Assembly (NCBI GenBank): GCA_964595645.1
Contig: CAZQQT010000005.1
Location: 1-64,000 of the forward strand
Source of the DNA: an uncultured Thermococci archaeon
GTDB lineage: Archaea; Methanobacteriota_B; Thermococci; Methanofastidiosales; B48-G16
Length of the DNA stretch: 64,000 nt
Direction of reading: 5' to 3'
Shown here: positions 49,819-59,843 of the stretch, piece after piece
Layout of the letters: every line of letters begins with the position of its first letter
Numbering within the stretch: the first letter of the stretch is position 1
The notes under the pieces: model-generated
Database searches by the model: none
The model's input: only the letters and a program-made list of their open reading frames with translations
What the model was told of the DNA's origin: nothing
Translations under genes and position numbers: made by a program

Positions 49819-50394
49819 ATGGCAAGAAGGAGTACAAGAAAAAAAGATCCATGGAAAATGAAAGATTGGTATACTGTTTACGCTCCAAAAATATTTGGAA
49901 ATCAAGAGATAGGCGAGGTACCTGCTAAAGAACCAGAGCAGATGGTCGGCAGGGTAATAGAAACGACACTTCGAGATCTCACCGGAGACTTCAAGAAAAA
50001 CCACGTAAAGTTGTTTTTCGAAGTGACAGATGTAAAAGGAACGAACGCGTATACGGAACTGAAACAGCAGGAGTTACTACGATCGTATATGCGATCCCAG
50101 GTGAGAAGGAATACCACGAAGGTAGAAGATGTTGTGGAAGTGGAGACAAAGGACGGCAGAAAGGCACGTATTCAAGTTGCCGCGATCACGCTGAAGAAGA
50201 TACAGCAGTCACAGGAGAGTAAGATCCGAGAGATTTTGGAAGATACGATCAAGAGTAATGCTTCGTCCAAAGATTTCGACGCATTCAGTCTTGAACTCGT
50301 CCTTGGGAAAACAGCTGCCGCGGCGTATCGAAAGGCAAAGAAGATTTACCCTCTCAAGCGGGTAGAAATTACAAAAACCAAGGTATTAGCGTAG
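49819..50394 (+). CDS. rps3ae: 30S ribosomal protein S3ae (eS1)
   Basis: WKMKDWYTVYAP, KIYPLKRVEI. Confidence 0.98.
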   Translation: MARRSTRKKDPWKMKDWYTVYAPKIFGNQEIGEVPAKEPEQMVGRVIETTLRDLTGDFKKNHVKLFFEVTDVKGTNAYTELKQQELLRSYMRSQVRRNTTKVEDVVEVETKDGRKARIQVAAITLKKIQQSQESKIREILEDTIKSNASSKDFDAFSLELVLGKTAAAAYRKAKKIYPLKRVEITKTKVLA

Positions 50395-50467
50395 GGCCCG
50401 TGGCCTAGCTGGATATGGCGTCGGCCTTCTAAGCCGAAAGTCGCGGGTTCGAATCCCGCCGGGTCCG
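50394..50467 (+). tRNA. tRNA-Arg(UCU)
   Basis: Acceptor GGGCCCG/CGGGTCC, anticodon arm TCGGC-CTTCTAA-GCCGA, TTCGAAT loop. Confidence 0.97.
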
Positions 50468-50526
50468 CTTCTGACAGTTTAAAGGAAGAGAGACTTTAAT
50501 CGAAAACAGCTCCAATTTTCTCAATG

Positions 50527-50742
50527 TCACGCCCGGGTTGTCCTCTGCAGCGTGAGGAGAAACAGTAACAGCCCTGCAACTGTGACGAGAGCGCCCATTA
50601 TTATATACAGCGGATACGTTTCTGTTGAACAGACAGAAGGGCAGAATCCTACTCCTTTCCCAAGAATACGAACTCCTATAAGGAGAATAACAATTCCTAG
50701 GAGTTCCATCCATGGAGATTTATTGTTTTCCTTTTCAGTCAT
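50527..50742 (-). CDS. small 2-TM membrane protein
   Basis: MTEKENNKSPW..., two hydrophobic helices around CPSVC; start uncertain. Confidence 0.5.
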   Translation of the reverse strand: MTEKENNKSPWMELLGIVILLIGVRILGKGVGFCPSVCSTETYPLYIIMGALVTVAGLLLFLLTLQRTTRA

Positions 50743-50896
50743 GCGTGTAGCACTCTCTCCCAGTTTAAATATTTTACTGCGCAATTATCTCTCGATTTAA
50801 CTAGAAAAAACAATGAGATGTGAAAAATAGTCTCACATCCTTGAGTAACCTTTAAAAATAGAGCATACAGTATTGAGTAACAACTGTGGTGATGAC

Positions 50897-51043
50897 ATGG
50901 AACACTGTGCTCGCTGTCAAAATCTAATAGAGAAAGGAAAAGAGATGTATATCGATAGGAATGTGTACTGTCCACAATGCTGGAAGTCTCTCATCGTTAA
51001 TGGGGACAGGCCTATTGGAAGGATTAGACATGGATGGGGTTGA
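50897..51043 (+). CDS. 48-aa zinc-finger microprotein (not in the ORF track)
   Basis: MEHCARCQNLIEKGKEMYIDRNVYCPQCWKSL..., with a GGTGA RBS. Confidence 0.7.
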   Translation: MEHCARCQNLIEKGKEMYIDRNVYCPQCWKSLIVNGDRPIGRIRHGWG

Positions 51044-51047
51044 TAGT

Positions 51048-51155
51048 ATGGATGAAGAATTTACGTGCCCGATATGTGTTCTCGCTAAAAAAATCAAAAA
51101 TGTCATCAAAAAAGATGAGGCGAAAGATACACAACCTTCCTGTCCTTGTTCATGA
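51048..51155 (+). CDS. 35-aa Cys-rich microprotein
   Basis: MDEEFTCPICVLAKK...PSCPCS, 4 nt after the previous stop. Confidence 0.45.
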   Translation: MDEEFTCPICVLAKKIKNVIKKDEAKDTQPSCPCS

Positions 51156-51234
51156 GCATCAGAGACTGACATTGCGCTGTGAACAGTCTTTTGATGTACC
51201 GAATATTTTAAAATGAGTATGGCATACTCTTTTC

Positions 51235-51597
51235 ATGAATCAGTTCACACCCGCTCCGGTTGCTCCGACGATCTCTTTTGAGATGTTTGAGAAGATCGAT
51301 GTTCGTGTGGGAACGATTGAACGTGTCGAAGATATCCCTCGTTCAACGAACCTTGTACGGTTGATTGTGGACTTCGGCGATCACACGAGGAAAATACTAG
51401 CAGGTATAAAACAGGAACGTGAGAATCCGAAGGAGATCGAGGGAAAACAGGCACTATTTGTCGTGAACATGGAGCCGAAAAAAATGATGGGAGAGGTATC
51501 AGAGGGGATGCTGTTCGATATTGGATACCCTGATGGAATTCTTCCTGTGCTCGCTGTTCCAGAAAAACCTGTTCCCAATGGAGCGCGGTTGGGGTAA
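51235..51597 (+). CDS. tRNA-binding OB-fold protein (CsaA/Trbp111-like)
   Basis: IDVRVGTI, VDFG, SEGML, PVPNGARLG. Confidence 0.9.
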   Translation: MNQFTPAPVAPTISFEMFEKIDVRVGTIERVEDIPRSTNLVRLIVDFGDHTRKILAGIKQERENPKEIEGKQALFVVNMEPKKMMGEVSEGMLFDIGYPDGILPVLAVPEKPVPNGARLG

Positions 51598-51638
51598 CAA
51601 CAGTAAACCTTTAAAGTTATCTCTCTGTTATACCACAT

Positions 51639-51890
51639 ATGAGGAAAAGTAAGCTCCTCCAGAGTATCCGGAGGGCACGGGTGAAAGGAGAAATCCCGTA
51701 TAAGTTCACACCGTTGGAACTGCGTGAATACTGTCCCGGGTTTGCCACCTCTACATATTACTCTTATTTATCACGACATACAGGAAACACGGAGTATAAA
51801 GAACATTTTGTACGACATTCACGAGGAATATATAGCTTAAAGGACGATCCCATTGTGAATGAGAGAAGTTTAGTGGAGTTTGGAATATGA
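51639..51890 (+). CDS. hypothetical basic protein (winged-helix-like)
   Basis: 83-aa ORF with ATGA overlap to the next gene. Confidence 0.6.
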   Translation: MRKSKLLQSIRRARVKGEIPYKFTPLELREYCPGFATSTYYSYLSRHTGNTEYKEHFVRHSRGIYSLKDDPIVNERSLVEFGI

Positions 51891-52711
51891 ACCTCGAAGA
51901 ATACCTCGGAACGGATACCATACAGTTTGCACCATCAGGGACCATGGCTATCTTTTCCACACTTTACCCCTCCAGGGAGAAAATGCTTGGAATACCGGAT
52001 CAGGGGGGTTTCAAAGGGATTTTAACGATCGCCAATCTTCTCGCAATGCCGTATACGTTGATAGAGACAGAGAAGGGATTAATTATTCCGGAACATATTA
52101 GGGACGTTGATCTTTTCGTCTTTTCCTCATTTTCAGGGTATATTGTAGAAAATGATGTTGATACGATAGTGTCACACTGTCACGATCACGAAATATGGAC
52201 CATTGAAGATATTTCCTCTGGATTCTCATATCCATCGTTTGGAAAAGGTGATATCGTGGTGTGCTCCACAGGACGTCCCAAAATCCTGGAGTGTGGATGG
52301 GGCGGGTTCGCCGCGTACAGAGAGGGAGAGCACTCCCCGCTTTTTAACTATATGGAGCCGCCAGAAGGATATATAGAAGGGCTCCAGCACCAGGTAGACC
52401 ATGCCGGGGCAAAACTCCAGAAACTATTGAGGTACAGCAGTCTCTTAAAGGATTTTGCATTCGATGTGCTTTTCGAGGATGATGAGGGGCCCTCAGTCTT
52501 TGTGAGAACAGAGAATCCAAAGAAGATTTTAAAAAGGTTGAATAAGAAGATACGACCGGATACAGGGTACTCCCTTTTTTCCCAGTGTCCACGGTTCGAT
52601 AGAGTACAGGAGGAGGGATTTGTGATTGAAACAATCAAGGTATGGGAAAGAGATGAAGATGAGATCCTCGAGATAGGAAGAACGATAGAGAAGGTGGTGA
52701 CCGATGTTTAA
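51887..52711 (+). CDS. PLP-dependent transferase-like fold protein
   Basis: SGTMAI, IEDIS, CSTGRPKIL..GWGG motifs. Confidence 0.6.
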   Translation: MNLEEYLGTDTIQFAPSGTMAIFSTLYPSREKMLGIPDQGGFKGILTIANLLAMPYTLIETEKGLIIPEHIRDVDLFVFSSFSGYIVENDVDTIVSHCHDHEIWTIEDISSGFSYPSFGKGDIVVCSTGRPKILECGWGGFAAYREGEHSPLFNYMEPPEGYIEGLQHQVDHAGAKLQKLLRYSSLLKDFAFDVLFEDDEGPSVFVRTENPKKILKRLNKKIRPDTGYSLFSQCPRFDRVQEEGFVIETIKVWERDEDEILEIGRTIEKVVTDV

Positions 52712-53339
52712 ACATTTAAAAACCTACCTGCTCACTGGACTCGTTATTGTGATTCCTGTAGCTGCCACTGTGTACATATTTTATTACGTGTTCAGGTGGA
52801 TCAACGCTTTTATTCAGGATCTCGCTCCAGGTTTTTTTGCCAAGTATGTTCCACATATCCCCTTTCTTAATGTAATCATTTCGGTACTGATCGTGCTCGG
52901 GATAGGCTTTTTCGCCAGCGTTTCCGTTGGAAAAACAGCGATAAACTACATGGATAAATGGATGAAAAGGATCCCCATTGTGAGCGAACTGTATTTCACA
53001 ATTAAACAGGCCTCAGAAACACTTTTAATACAACAAAAAGGATTTAAAAGGGCAGTAACTTTGGAATATCCTCGAAAAGGAGTGTATGCCATAGGATTTG
53101 TGACAGGAGATACCTATAACGAAATAAAGGAAGCCATAGGTGATAAAACCATGGTAAATGTCTTTATCCCCACATCTCCCAATCCCACGTCCGGATACCT
53201 CGTCTTCGTTCCCAAGTCTGATCTGAGGGATGTGGACCTCACCATTCAACAAGCAATAAAAATCGTGATCTCAGGTGGGTTCCTGAAAAAAGAAGAGTTA
53301 AGAAAAGGGAAAAAATTATCCGATGAACTACCTATTTAA
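52704..53339 (+). CDS. DUF502 family membrane protein
   Basis: EYPRKG, FIPTSPNPTSG, IVISGG. Confidence 0.92.
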   Translation: MFKHLKTYLLTGLVIVIPVAATVYIFYYVFRWINAFIQDLAPGFFAKYVPHIPFLNVIISVLIVLGIGFFASVSVGKTAINYMDKWMKRIPIVSELYFTIKQASETLLIQQKGFKRAVTLEYPRKGVYAIGFVTGDTYNEIKEAIGDKTMVNVFIPTSPNPTSGYLVFVPKSDLRDVDLTIQQAIKIVISGGFLKKEELRKGKKLSDELPI

Positions 53340-53579
53340 ACTCTCGTTTATAAGCTGCTCTCTCTGTATTTTTTTCTCTTTTTTGATTTTAAAGCCGTGA
53401 CCTATCTTACTTGCGAGCTCTTCCTTTGATTTTTTCTTGTCAACCACAATGAACCCTCTCTTGTGGTAGGCATCGATAAACGCTCTATAAACTACTGGAT
53501 CTGTACTGAGAGCGTACTGTATCTTTCTCGCGTCCTCAGGGGTGATGTCTTCAAGTTTAAACTCGATTCTTCTCAGCAT
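53328..53579 (-). CDS. small ferredoxin-like-fold protein (DUF3213-like), downstream of tes
   Basis: ITPEDARKIQYALS...VYRAFIDAY. Confidence 0.65.
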   Translation of the reverse strand: MLRRIEFKLEDITPEDARKIQYALSTDPVVYRAFIDAYHKRGFIVVDKKKSKEELASKIGHGFKIKKEKKIQREQLINESLNR

Positions 53580-53588
53580 CGCATCACC

Positions 53589-55343
53589 TTAAAAGAACTC
53601 CTCTATATCTGTATAGGTCTTTTTATACTGTTCGCTTTCTTTCGTTTCAGCGATGAAATCCTTCGTTCGCCGGTACTTGTCCTTTTTGTACTCCCATCCA
53701 GGATTTTTCTCTTTCCACTCCTCTGGAGTGTAGCTGAACTGTGTCTGAACTTTGTCTCTGTAGAGTTCAGGAATGACGTTGAACGCACAGAAAGGAACGA
53801 TTCTTCCATCAGGCATGGCGTAGTGAATCACGCACCGCTCAACTCGCTCGATATCGTAGTTGTAGTCATCCATGAAATGCATCATACCGAGGAACAGGGT
53901 TTTCGTATGGAACTCTCCCAGTGCTCTGTAGCTCCCCTTGATAAATGCATTCCTCATGAGATTCAGTACATTGAGACTCTCTGGTGCGTACTCCTCATCG
54001 TAAAATCTCCTGAAGTTTAAGAGTATCTCCGCCCCCACTCTTGTTTTCGAAAGTTTTTTAAGCCGTTTTATATCTTTTAGTCTTTCCGCTTTTTCATTGA
54101 GATACTCGACAAATCCCTCTACATCGATAAATCGCGGTATGGGGATTATCTCATCTTCATCCCGGAACACGTAGGTGGCAGCACCGCAGGAAAAGTGGGA
54201 TGTCATATAGTATCTCTTCCCGGTGAACACCTCAAAAAATCGTGCGATATGGCCGGCAATAGGAATAGAATACCAGTCCTCCATGGCTATCGCACCGTTG
54301 GTCTGTTCTTCTATTTTCTGTATCGCTCCTGGGACGGTGATCCTGAGCTTCCGTCTCTCCTCCTTCGGCGTTCGGCCCACCAACGAAACGGGCTGCATAT
54401 TGACACTTCGGATCACATCCATATGGTTGAATGCGAAATTAATGATATCGCCCATTCCATGATCATTCATATTTCTTATGATTGTTGGAACAAGTACAAT
54501 TCCAGGTCCTCCCGCCTTTCGTACGTTCTCCAGGATCCACGGTATCTCCCAATGATTTTTCCAGTTTGTTGTGGGGGTCATCCCATCGTAACTGAGATAG
54601 AGCGTGTTCACTCCCGCCGCCTTTAGATTTTTTGCAAGATCTGGATTATGCGCGAGATCGATGCCGTCGGTGTTTACCTGTATATGTGAGTATCCCTCCT
54701 CCTTACAGACATTCACCACATCAACCAGATCATCTCTGAGCGTGGGTTCTCCCCCGGTGAGTTGTATGGCATCTGCACCGATATCTTTCTCCTTTTTCGC
54801 GTTTCTCAGCATCATTCGTATTCGTTCAAGAGACGGTTCGTAGATAGGCTGATTTTCCTTTGCGTAGAAAAAGCAGTACCAGCAGTTGAGGTTGCACCTG
54901 TTCGTCAGTGCAATGTTTAGAAGTGCAGTGTGGCTTTTGTGTCGCGGACAGAGCCCACAGTCAAGTGGACAGTTCACCCCAGTATTCTCTACATTTGTAC
55001 TTTGCAGGTTCCAATCGTATTTTAACTTTTCAAATTGGCGATATGTGTCAGCATTCTCGTAATACAGAGCCGTCAATACATTATCAGAACATTCTTTTGA
55101 TATCCATACCATGTTATCCTTTTCCCACACCACAGCGGGGACAATTTCACGTGTTTCTGGACAGATAGAACGTGTTTCATGAGGGAGTTCACTTCCATAT
55201 TTCTTTCCAGATTCTTTAATGAGTGCTATGAATTTTTCTTTATTAATTTCAGGTATATCTATAAGATCTTTCTGTCCCCTTGTAGATTCTGCAGATTCTT
55301 TTTTTCCATCAGGGACTTCACCGTTGTCATTCACCAATATCAC
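53589..55343 (-). CDS. tes: radical SAM tetraether lipid synthase (Tes/GDGT-MAS, MJ0619 family)
   Basis: CPLDCGLCPRH auxiliary cluster, CNLNCWYC radical SAM motif, HFSCG, RCVIHY...PFCAFN. Confidence 0.88.
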   Translation of the reverse strand: MILVNDNGEVPDGKKESAESTRGQKDLIDIPEINKEKFIALIKESGKKYGSELPHETRSICPETREIVPAVVWEKDNMVWISKECSDNVLTALYYENADTYRQFEKLKYDWNLQSTNVENTGVNCPLDCGLCPRHKSHTALLNIALTNRCNLNCWYCFFYAKENQPIYEPSLERIRMMLRNAKKEKDIGADAIQLTGGEPTLRDDLVDVVNVCKEEGYSHIQVNTDGIDLAHNPDLAKNLKAAGVNTLYLSYDGMTPTTNWKNHWEIPWILENVRKAGGPGIVLVPTIIRNMNDHGMGDIINFAFNHMDVIRSVNMQPVSLVGRTPKEERRKLRITVPGAIQKIEEQTNGAIAMEDWYSIPIAGHIARFFEVFTGKRYYMTSHFSCGAATYVFRDEDEIIPIPRFIDVEGFVEYLNEKAERLKDIKRLKKLSKTRVGAEILLNFRRFYDEEYAPESLNVLNLMRNAFIKGSYRALGEFHTKTLFLGMMHFMDDYNYDIERVERCVIHYAMPDGRIVPFCAFNVIPELYRDKVQTQFSYTPEEWKEKNPGWEYKKDKYRRTKDFIAETKESEQYKKTYTDIEEFF

Positions 55344-55420
55344 CTTTATACATGATTACTCCATCCATTATATAAAAGTTTTTCTTAACGGAAATACGTC
55401 TATCTCTTTTAGGATACCGA

Positions 55421-55783
55421 TTATGTCACCTCATATTCTAAAATTTCGCCGGAATGTGAATAGAACACAAGTGTTTCTTCTGTGTAGGGATACGCGAGTA
55501 TGCCGTGATACCGTCCATATTTTGAAAAAAAGACGAGATCGGATTCGGACGGTTTCGTATTAGGGGCGGGATGGGTATGTACTGTTCCGCGTATGTCTCG
55601 ATCCAGCGGCAGTGAGTTTCGATCGATGATGCTTCCTGTCCTGCCAAAAAAAGAGATAGGAGAGAGTATTACTTCTGAGATCACACCGTTCTTTTCTTTT
55701 AAAAATGACGCGAACTCATCTGGATGCGTATTTTTTGCGGTGTTGCACAGAAACTCAATGAGCTCTTTTTCTATTTTTAACAT
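55421..55783 (-). CDS. JAB/MPN metalloprotease
   Basis: HPDE...HTHP...PSESD. Confidence 0.9.
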   Translation of the reverse strand: MLKIEKELIEFLCNTAKNTHPDEFASFLKEKNGVISEVILSPISFFGRTGSIIDRNSLPLDRDIRGTVHTHPAPNTKPSESDLVFFSKYGRYHGILAYPYTEETLVFYSHSGEILEYEVT

Positions 55784-56811
55784 TCGATCAACGTATACTC
55801 GCTCGATCCGAGGCCGATTTCCTCTCCGTGCCTGACAAAGAGTTCATAGTCCACCGAGGTAAAATCCAGATTTTCCTTTCCCACGAGGTCGATACTCGCC
55901 CTTTCCAGTGCGATTGGATCATTTGAGGCGGCGATTCCTATATCATTGGTCACGAATCGATCTGTCCATGGTGCACAGTCGCAGTGCGATGTGATATCCA
56001 TGAGAAAGTTGAAAAATGTTGCTTTTTTGTTTTTTAGTACACCGTAGCTGTACTCGTTGACCTTCCGAATAAGCTCCTCATTGGTCTGGTTGCTCTCCGT
56101 CCTCATGGCGTGCTGAGGGCAGACAGTGATACATTCCCCACATCCAATACAAAGGCTGTAATCCACTTCCGCCTTTTCTCCAACAGTGATGGCATCCTGG
56201 GGACAGTTTTCTGCGCATATGCCACACGCAATACAGTCCTCACTTGCATAGGGCTCTATATTTGCGTGCATCTGCTGTTTTCCTGCTCTGTCTGCGCATC
56301 CCATTCCGATATTTTTCAATGTGCCCCCTATTCCTGCCATAGGGTGCCCCTTGAAATGGCTCAGTGCAACGATCACATCACTTTCTGCTATCGCCGCTGC
56401 AACGCGCACCGTATCAAAGTACTCTAGATTCACCTCGACTTCGCGATACTCGTGCCCTCGCAGTCCATCGGCAATAATCATCGGTGCACCGACAACTTCA
56501 GGGACAAACCCGTTGCGTGTCGCACAGTTCATATGATCCACGGCATTTGCCCGCATTCCTCGATACAGTGTGTTCGCGTCCACAAGAAATGGCTTTCCAC
56601 CGTACTCCTTGATTTTATCGACCACTGCCCGGACGTAAACAGGCCGGAGGAATGACGTATTTCCAAGTTCCCCGACATGGAGTTTTACTGCCACAAGATC
56701 ATTATTATCTATTTTTTCCTCTAAGTTCAGGCGATCACAGAGTGAAGAGAGTTTATTGGGCATATTTTCATCTTTTGAACTTGCCTCAAATCGTGCTAGA
56801 TAGACGTTCAT
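55777..56811 (-). CDS. DUF362 Fe-S protein with 2x[4Fe-4S] domain
   Basis: KLHVGE, SHFKGH, CIACGICAENCP, CIGCGECITVCP. Confidence 0.9.
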   Translation of the reverse strand: MNVYLARFEASSKDENMPNKLSSLCDRLNLEEKIDNNDLVAVKLHVGELGNTSFLRPVYVRAVVDKIKEYGGKPFLVDANTLYRGMRANAVDHMNCATRNGFVPEVVGAPMIIADGLRGHEYREVEVNLEYFDTVRVAAAIAESDVIVALSHFKGHPMAGIGGTLKNIGMGCADRAGKQQMHANIEPYASEDCIACGICAENCPQDAITVGEKAEVDYSLCIGCGECITVCPQHAMRTESNQTNEELIRKVNEYSYGVLKNKKATFFNFLMDITSHCDCAPWTDRFVTNDIGIAASNDPIALERASIDLVGKENLDFTSVDYELFVRHGEEIGLGSSEYTLIEC

Positions 56812-56857
56812 AGTTCCATACTATTGGCGAAGAATAAAAAAATTGTGGTGATGGGCA

Positions 56858-57190
56858 TTACGTGTACGGAATCAGACACAAGAATTTCAGTATGTCTCCT
56901 GTGCACCGCAGCTGGTGCTTTTCATTTGCAGGAATGAAGATCACGTCACCCTCCAATAGCTCCTTCTCGGAGTTTTCTCCCCGAACAACACCCTCCCCTT
57001 CAAGGACAAACACCTCGTGTTCCCACGGGTGTGAATGAAACGGGCTGTATCCGTTCTTTTTTATTTCAAATAGTCGCATTGCAAAGTTCTCTGCACCTAT
57101 CTCCTCGGTGATGAGCCATCGAACAGAGGTATTCACGGTACCTTCCTCAGCTTCCTCTTTTTGAACTTTCGAGTAGTGAAATTTCTTCAT
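56858..57190 (-). CDS. cupin domain protein
   Basis: HSHPWEHEVFVLEG, PANEKH; start taken at MKKFH. Confidence 0.9.
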   Translation of the reverse strand: MKKFHYSKVQKEEAEEGTVNTSVRWLITEEIGAENFAMRLFEIKKNGYSPFHSHPWEHEVFVLEGEGVVRGENSEKELLEGDVIFIPANEKHQLRCTGDILKFLCLIPYT

Positions 57191-57262
57191 ATGTATAAGG
57201 AGGAGACGCAATTGAAAAATCTTGGGGCGAAAATTTATGTAGTTGTCTTCTGAAAGAGCAGT

Positions 57263-58702
57263 ATGGCACGAAAAAAATTCACTATTCTGCAGATGAATGA
57301 TAGCCATGGGTATCTCGAGCCACACCCTGAGCTCTACTGGAGGGGAGGACGAGAGCTATATAAAGAGGCAGGGGGATATGCACGAATTGCTACACTGTTC
57401 AAGGGTATACGAGAGGAAGCTGGAGCTGTTATCGCACTCGACAACGGAGATACCATACACGGGACCTTTCCCGCGGTCCAGAGTGAAGGAGAGGCACTCA
57501 TCCCGTTGCTCAATGGACTGGGATTTGATGGAATGACAGCACACTGGGAGTTCGCCTATGGGCCGGATCAGTTTAGACGCATTGTCGATGATCTGAACTT
57601 TCCCATGCTCGCTATCAACTGCTATAACAAAACGACAGATACATTGGTCTTTCCACCGTATACTATTGTAGAACGTGAGAATCTGCGTATCGGTGTAATT
57701 GGAATTGCTGCGACGATCGTGGATAAAACTATGCCCCCCCTTTTCAGCGAAGGGATTTATTTTACCCTAGGGAATGAAGAGCTTCCACATTATATCCAGG
57801 AACTTCGTGAAGAGGGCGTCGATCTCATTGTTGTAGTCTCTCATCTGGGATATCCCCAGGAGCTGAAACTCGCTGAAGAGATCGATGGTATCGACGTACT
57901 TCTCAGCGGCCACACCCACAACCGCCTTTATAATGCAGTAACGGTTAATGGAACAATCATCATACAGTCGGGCTGCCACGGATCGTTTATCGGCCGACTC
58001 GATCTTACTATCAACGAGAAGAAAGTACAACAGTTCCACCACCGACTTCTCAACGTGGATGATTCTATTTCTCCCGATCCTGAGATTGGTACCTTAGTGG
58101 AGGAGGCAATGGCCCCTCATCGAGAGCTACTGAATACTGTAGTGGGACATACACAGACGCCTCTAAGTAGGTACTTTCCCATGGAATCAACAATGGACAC
58201 GTTACTTCTCCAATCATTGCGTGAGACAACACACGCCGAAATGGCGTTCTCCAATGGCTGGCGCTACGGTGCTCCGGTCCTAGAAGGTCCTCTTACCGTG
58301 AACGATTTGTGGAACATCATCCCCACGAACCCACCTGTATCCACATGCGAAATCACGGGAAAAGAGCTGTGGGCAATGATGGAGGAAAACCTTGAGCGGA
58401 CATTTTCTCGGAATCCTTACCATCAGATGGGGGGCTACGTGAAACGCTGCCTCGGTATCCATATGTATTTTAAGATTGAGAATCCTGAAGGAAACCGTAT
58501 TCATGAGTTCTTCATGAACGGGACACGGCTCGATCCTTCAAAGACCTATACCGCTTGTTTTGTTACCACTCAAGGAGTACCAGCGAAATATGGGAGCAAC
58601 AGGCAGAATCTTGATATCCATGCCATCGATGCTCTACGACAGTATGTGGAGAGACACGACCCTGTTTCTGCAGAGCCGAAAAGAACGATCGTCCCTATCT
58701 AA
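57263..58702 (+). CDS. bifunctional metallophosphatase/5'-nucleotidase (SoxB-like)
   Basis: NDSHG, DNGD, HWEF, SHLG, GHTH, NGWRYG. Confidence 0.9.
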   Translation: MARKKFTILQMNDSHGYLEPHPELYWRGGRELYKEAGGYARIATLFKGIREEAGAVIALDNGDTIHGTFPAVQSEGEALIPLLNGLGFDGMTAHWEFAYGPDQFRRIVDDLNFPMLAINCYNKTTDTLVFPPYTIVERENLRIGVIGIAATIVDKTMPPLFSEGIYFTLGNEELPHYIQELREEGVDLIVVVSHLGYPQELKLAEEIDGIDVLLSGHTHNRLYNAVTVNGTIIIQSGCHGSFIGRLDLTINEKKVQQFHHRLLNVDDSISPDPEIGTLVEEAMAPHRELLNTVVGHTQTPLSRYFPMESTMDTLLLQSLRETTHAEMAFSNGWRYGAPVLEGPLTVNDLWNIIPTNPPVSTCEITGKELWAMMEENLERTFSRNPYHQMGGYVKRCLGIHMYFKIENPEGNRIHEFFMNGTRLDPSKTYTACFVTTQGVPAKYGSNRQNLDIHAIDALRQYVERHDPVSAEPKRTIVPI

Positions 58703-59040
58703 CACAAGGAACTTTTCTCTTCATAATAGGATAAGAGGAGAAAGCAAGAAGTTGCCAACTTCCAAGGAGGTCTGATGGAGTGGGCGGAAATATATGGACG
58801 AGCTTTCTCCTCTCCAAAGGGGTATATGTTCTCCATTTATTTATTATTTTTTGCTATTATAACAGGGTATTCTACCAAGATATCTAAGAAAAATATGTTA
58901 CGTTATTTTAAAAAATACAAATTATAAATTTTATATTCCAATAGAGGACATAGAGAACACAAAAAGTATATAAAAATCGCATTATCCAATGTAGAAGGCG
59001 GATCAAAAAACTTTATAAAGTTTTTAGGGTAATACAATGT

Positions 59041-59652
59041 ATGAAAAAACATTACCTCCCTTCCTCCTTTGTCTATATGATATTCGATAGTATAAAAGAA
59101 CAGTTGGGGGACCGAGGACTAACACTTTTATTGAAAAGAGCAGGTCTGGAACGATACATAAAAAATCCTCCAAAAAATGATGATACACCTTCTCTTTCCA
59201 GTAAAGAACTTGCGGAAATAGCTGCTTCCACCTACACCGTCTTTGGAGAAAAGGCAGCGAAGCCGCTCCTGCTCCGTTGGGGGAGAATGACCTTTGAGCA
59301 GTCGTTAAACGAAAATCCTACACTTTTTGGCGTTGCAGGTGCACTCACTACGTTGATGGGGCAGGAACGAAAAGAACGATTTTTTATCAAACGAATTCTC
59401 AATGAACTCGAAAAGATCTACGATACACCGCGGGTCCTGACTGAGGACGACACGTATTTCTATATAGAGATAACGGACTGTCCGTATACTGGTGGAATCC
59501 ACACCGATCATCCGATATGTTATCCCGCCGTGGGATTCTGGCGTGCAGTGATGAAATGGATCACAGGAAATAATCATGAAGTGATGGAGACAGCTTGTGT
59601 AGCCATGGGAGACGAGTCATGCATGCTTAGAATAGCGAAACACAGCCTTTAG
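59041..59652 (+). CDS. V4R domain protein
   Basis: DCPY, PICY, ETACVAMGDESC. Confidence 0.85.
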   Translation: MKKHYLPSSFVYMIFDSIKEQLGDRGLTLLLKRAGLERYIKNPPKNDDTPSLSSKELAEIAASTYTVFGEKAAKPLLLRWGRMTFEQSLNENPTLFGVAGALTTLMGQERKERFFIKRILNELEKIYDTPRVLTEDDTYFYIEITDCPYTGGIHTDHPICYPAVGFWRAVMKWITGNNHEVMETACVAMGDESCMLRIAKHSL

Positions 59653-59843
59653 AAAGAACATCGAGTTATCTTCATAGAAACTGCCATAGTATATGATCAC
59701 AAAAGTTTTTTCAGTGGTAGATGCGAGTTAACAAAGAGGAAAAAGAAGAATAACAAAAGACTCAATACTGAAAAGAGTATATAGTTTGAATTTGAGAGAG
59801 GAGTGATGTTCTCGAAATTAAAGTACTAGAGAGTGAAAAAAAG

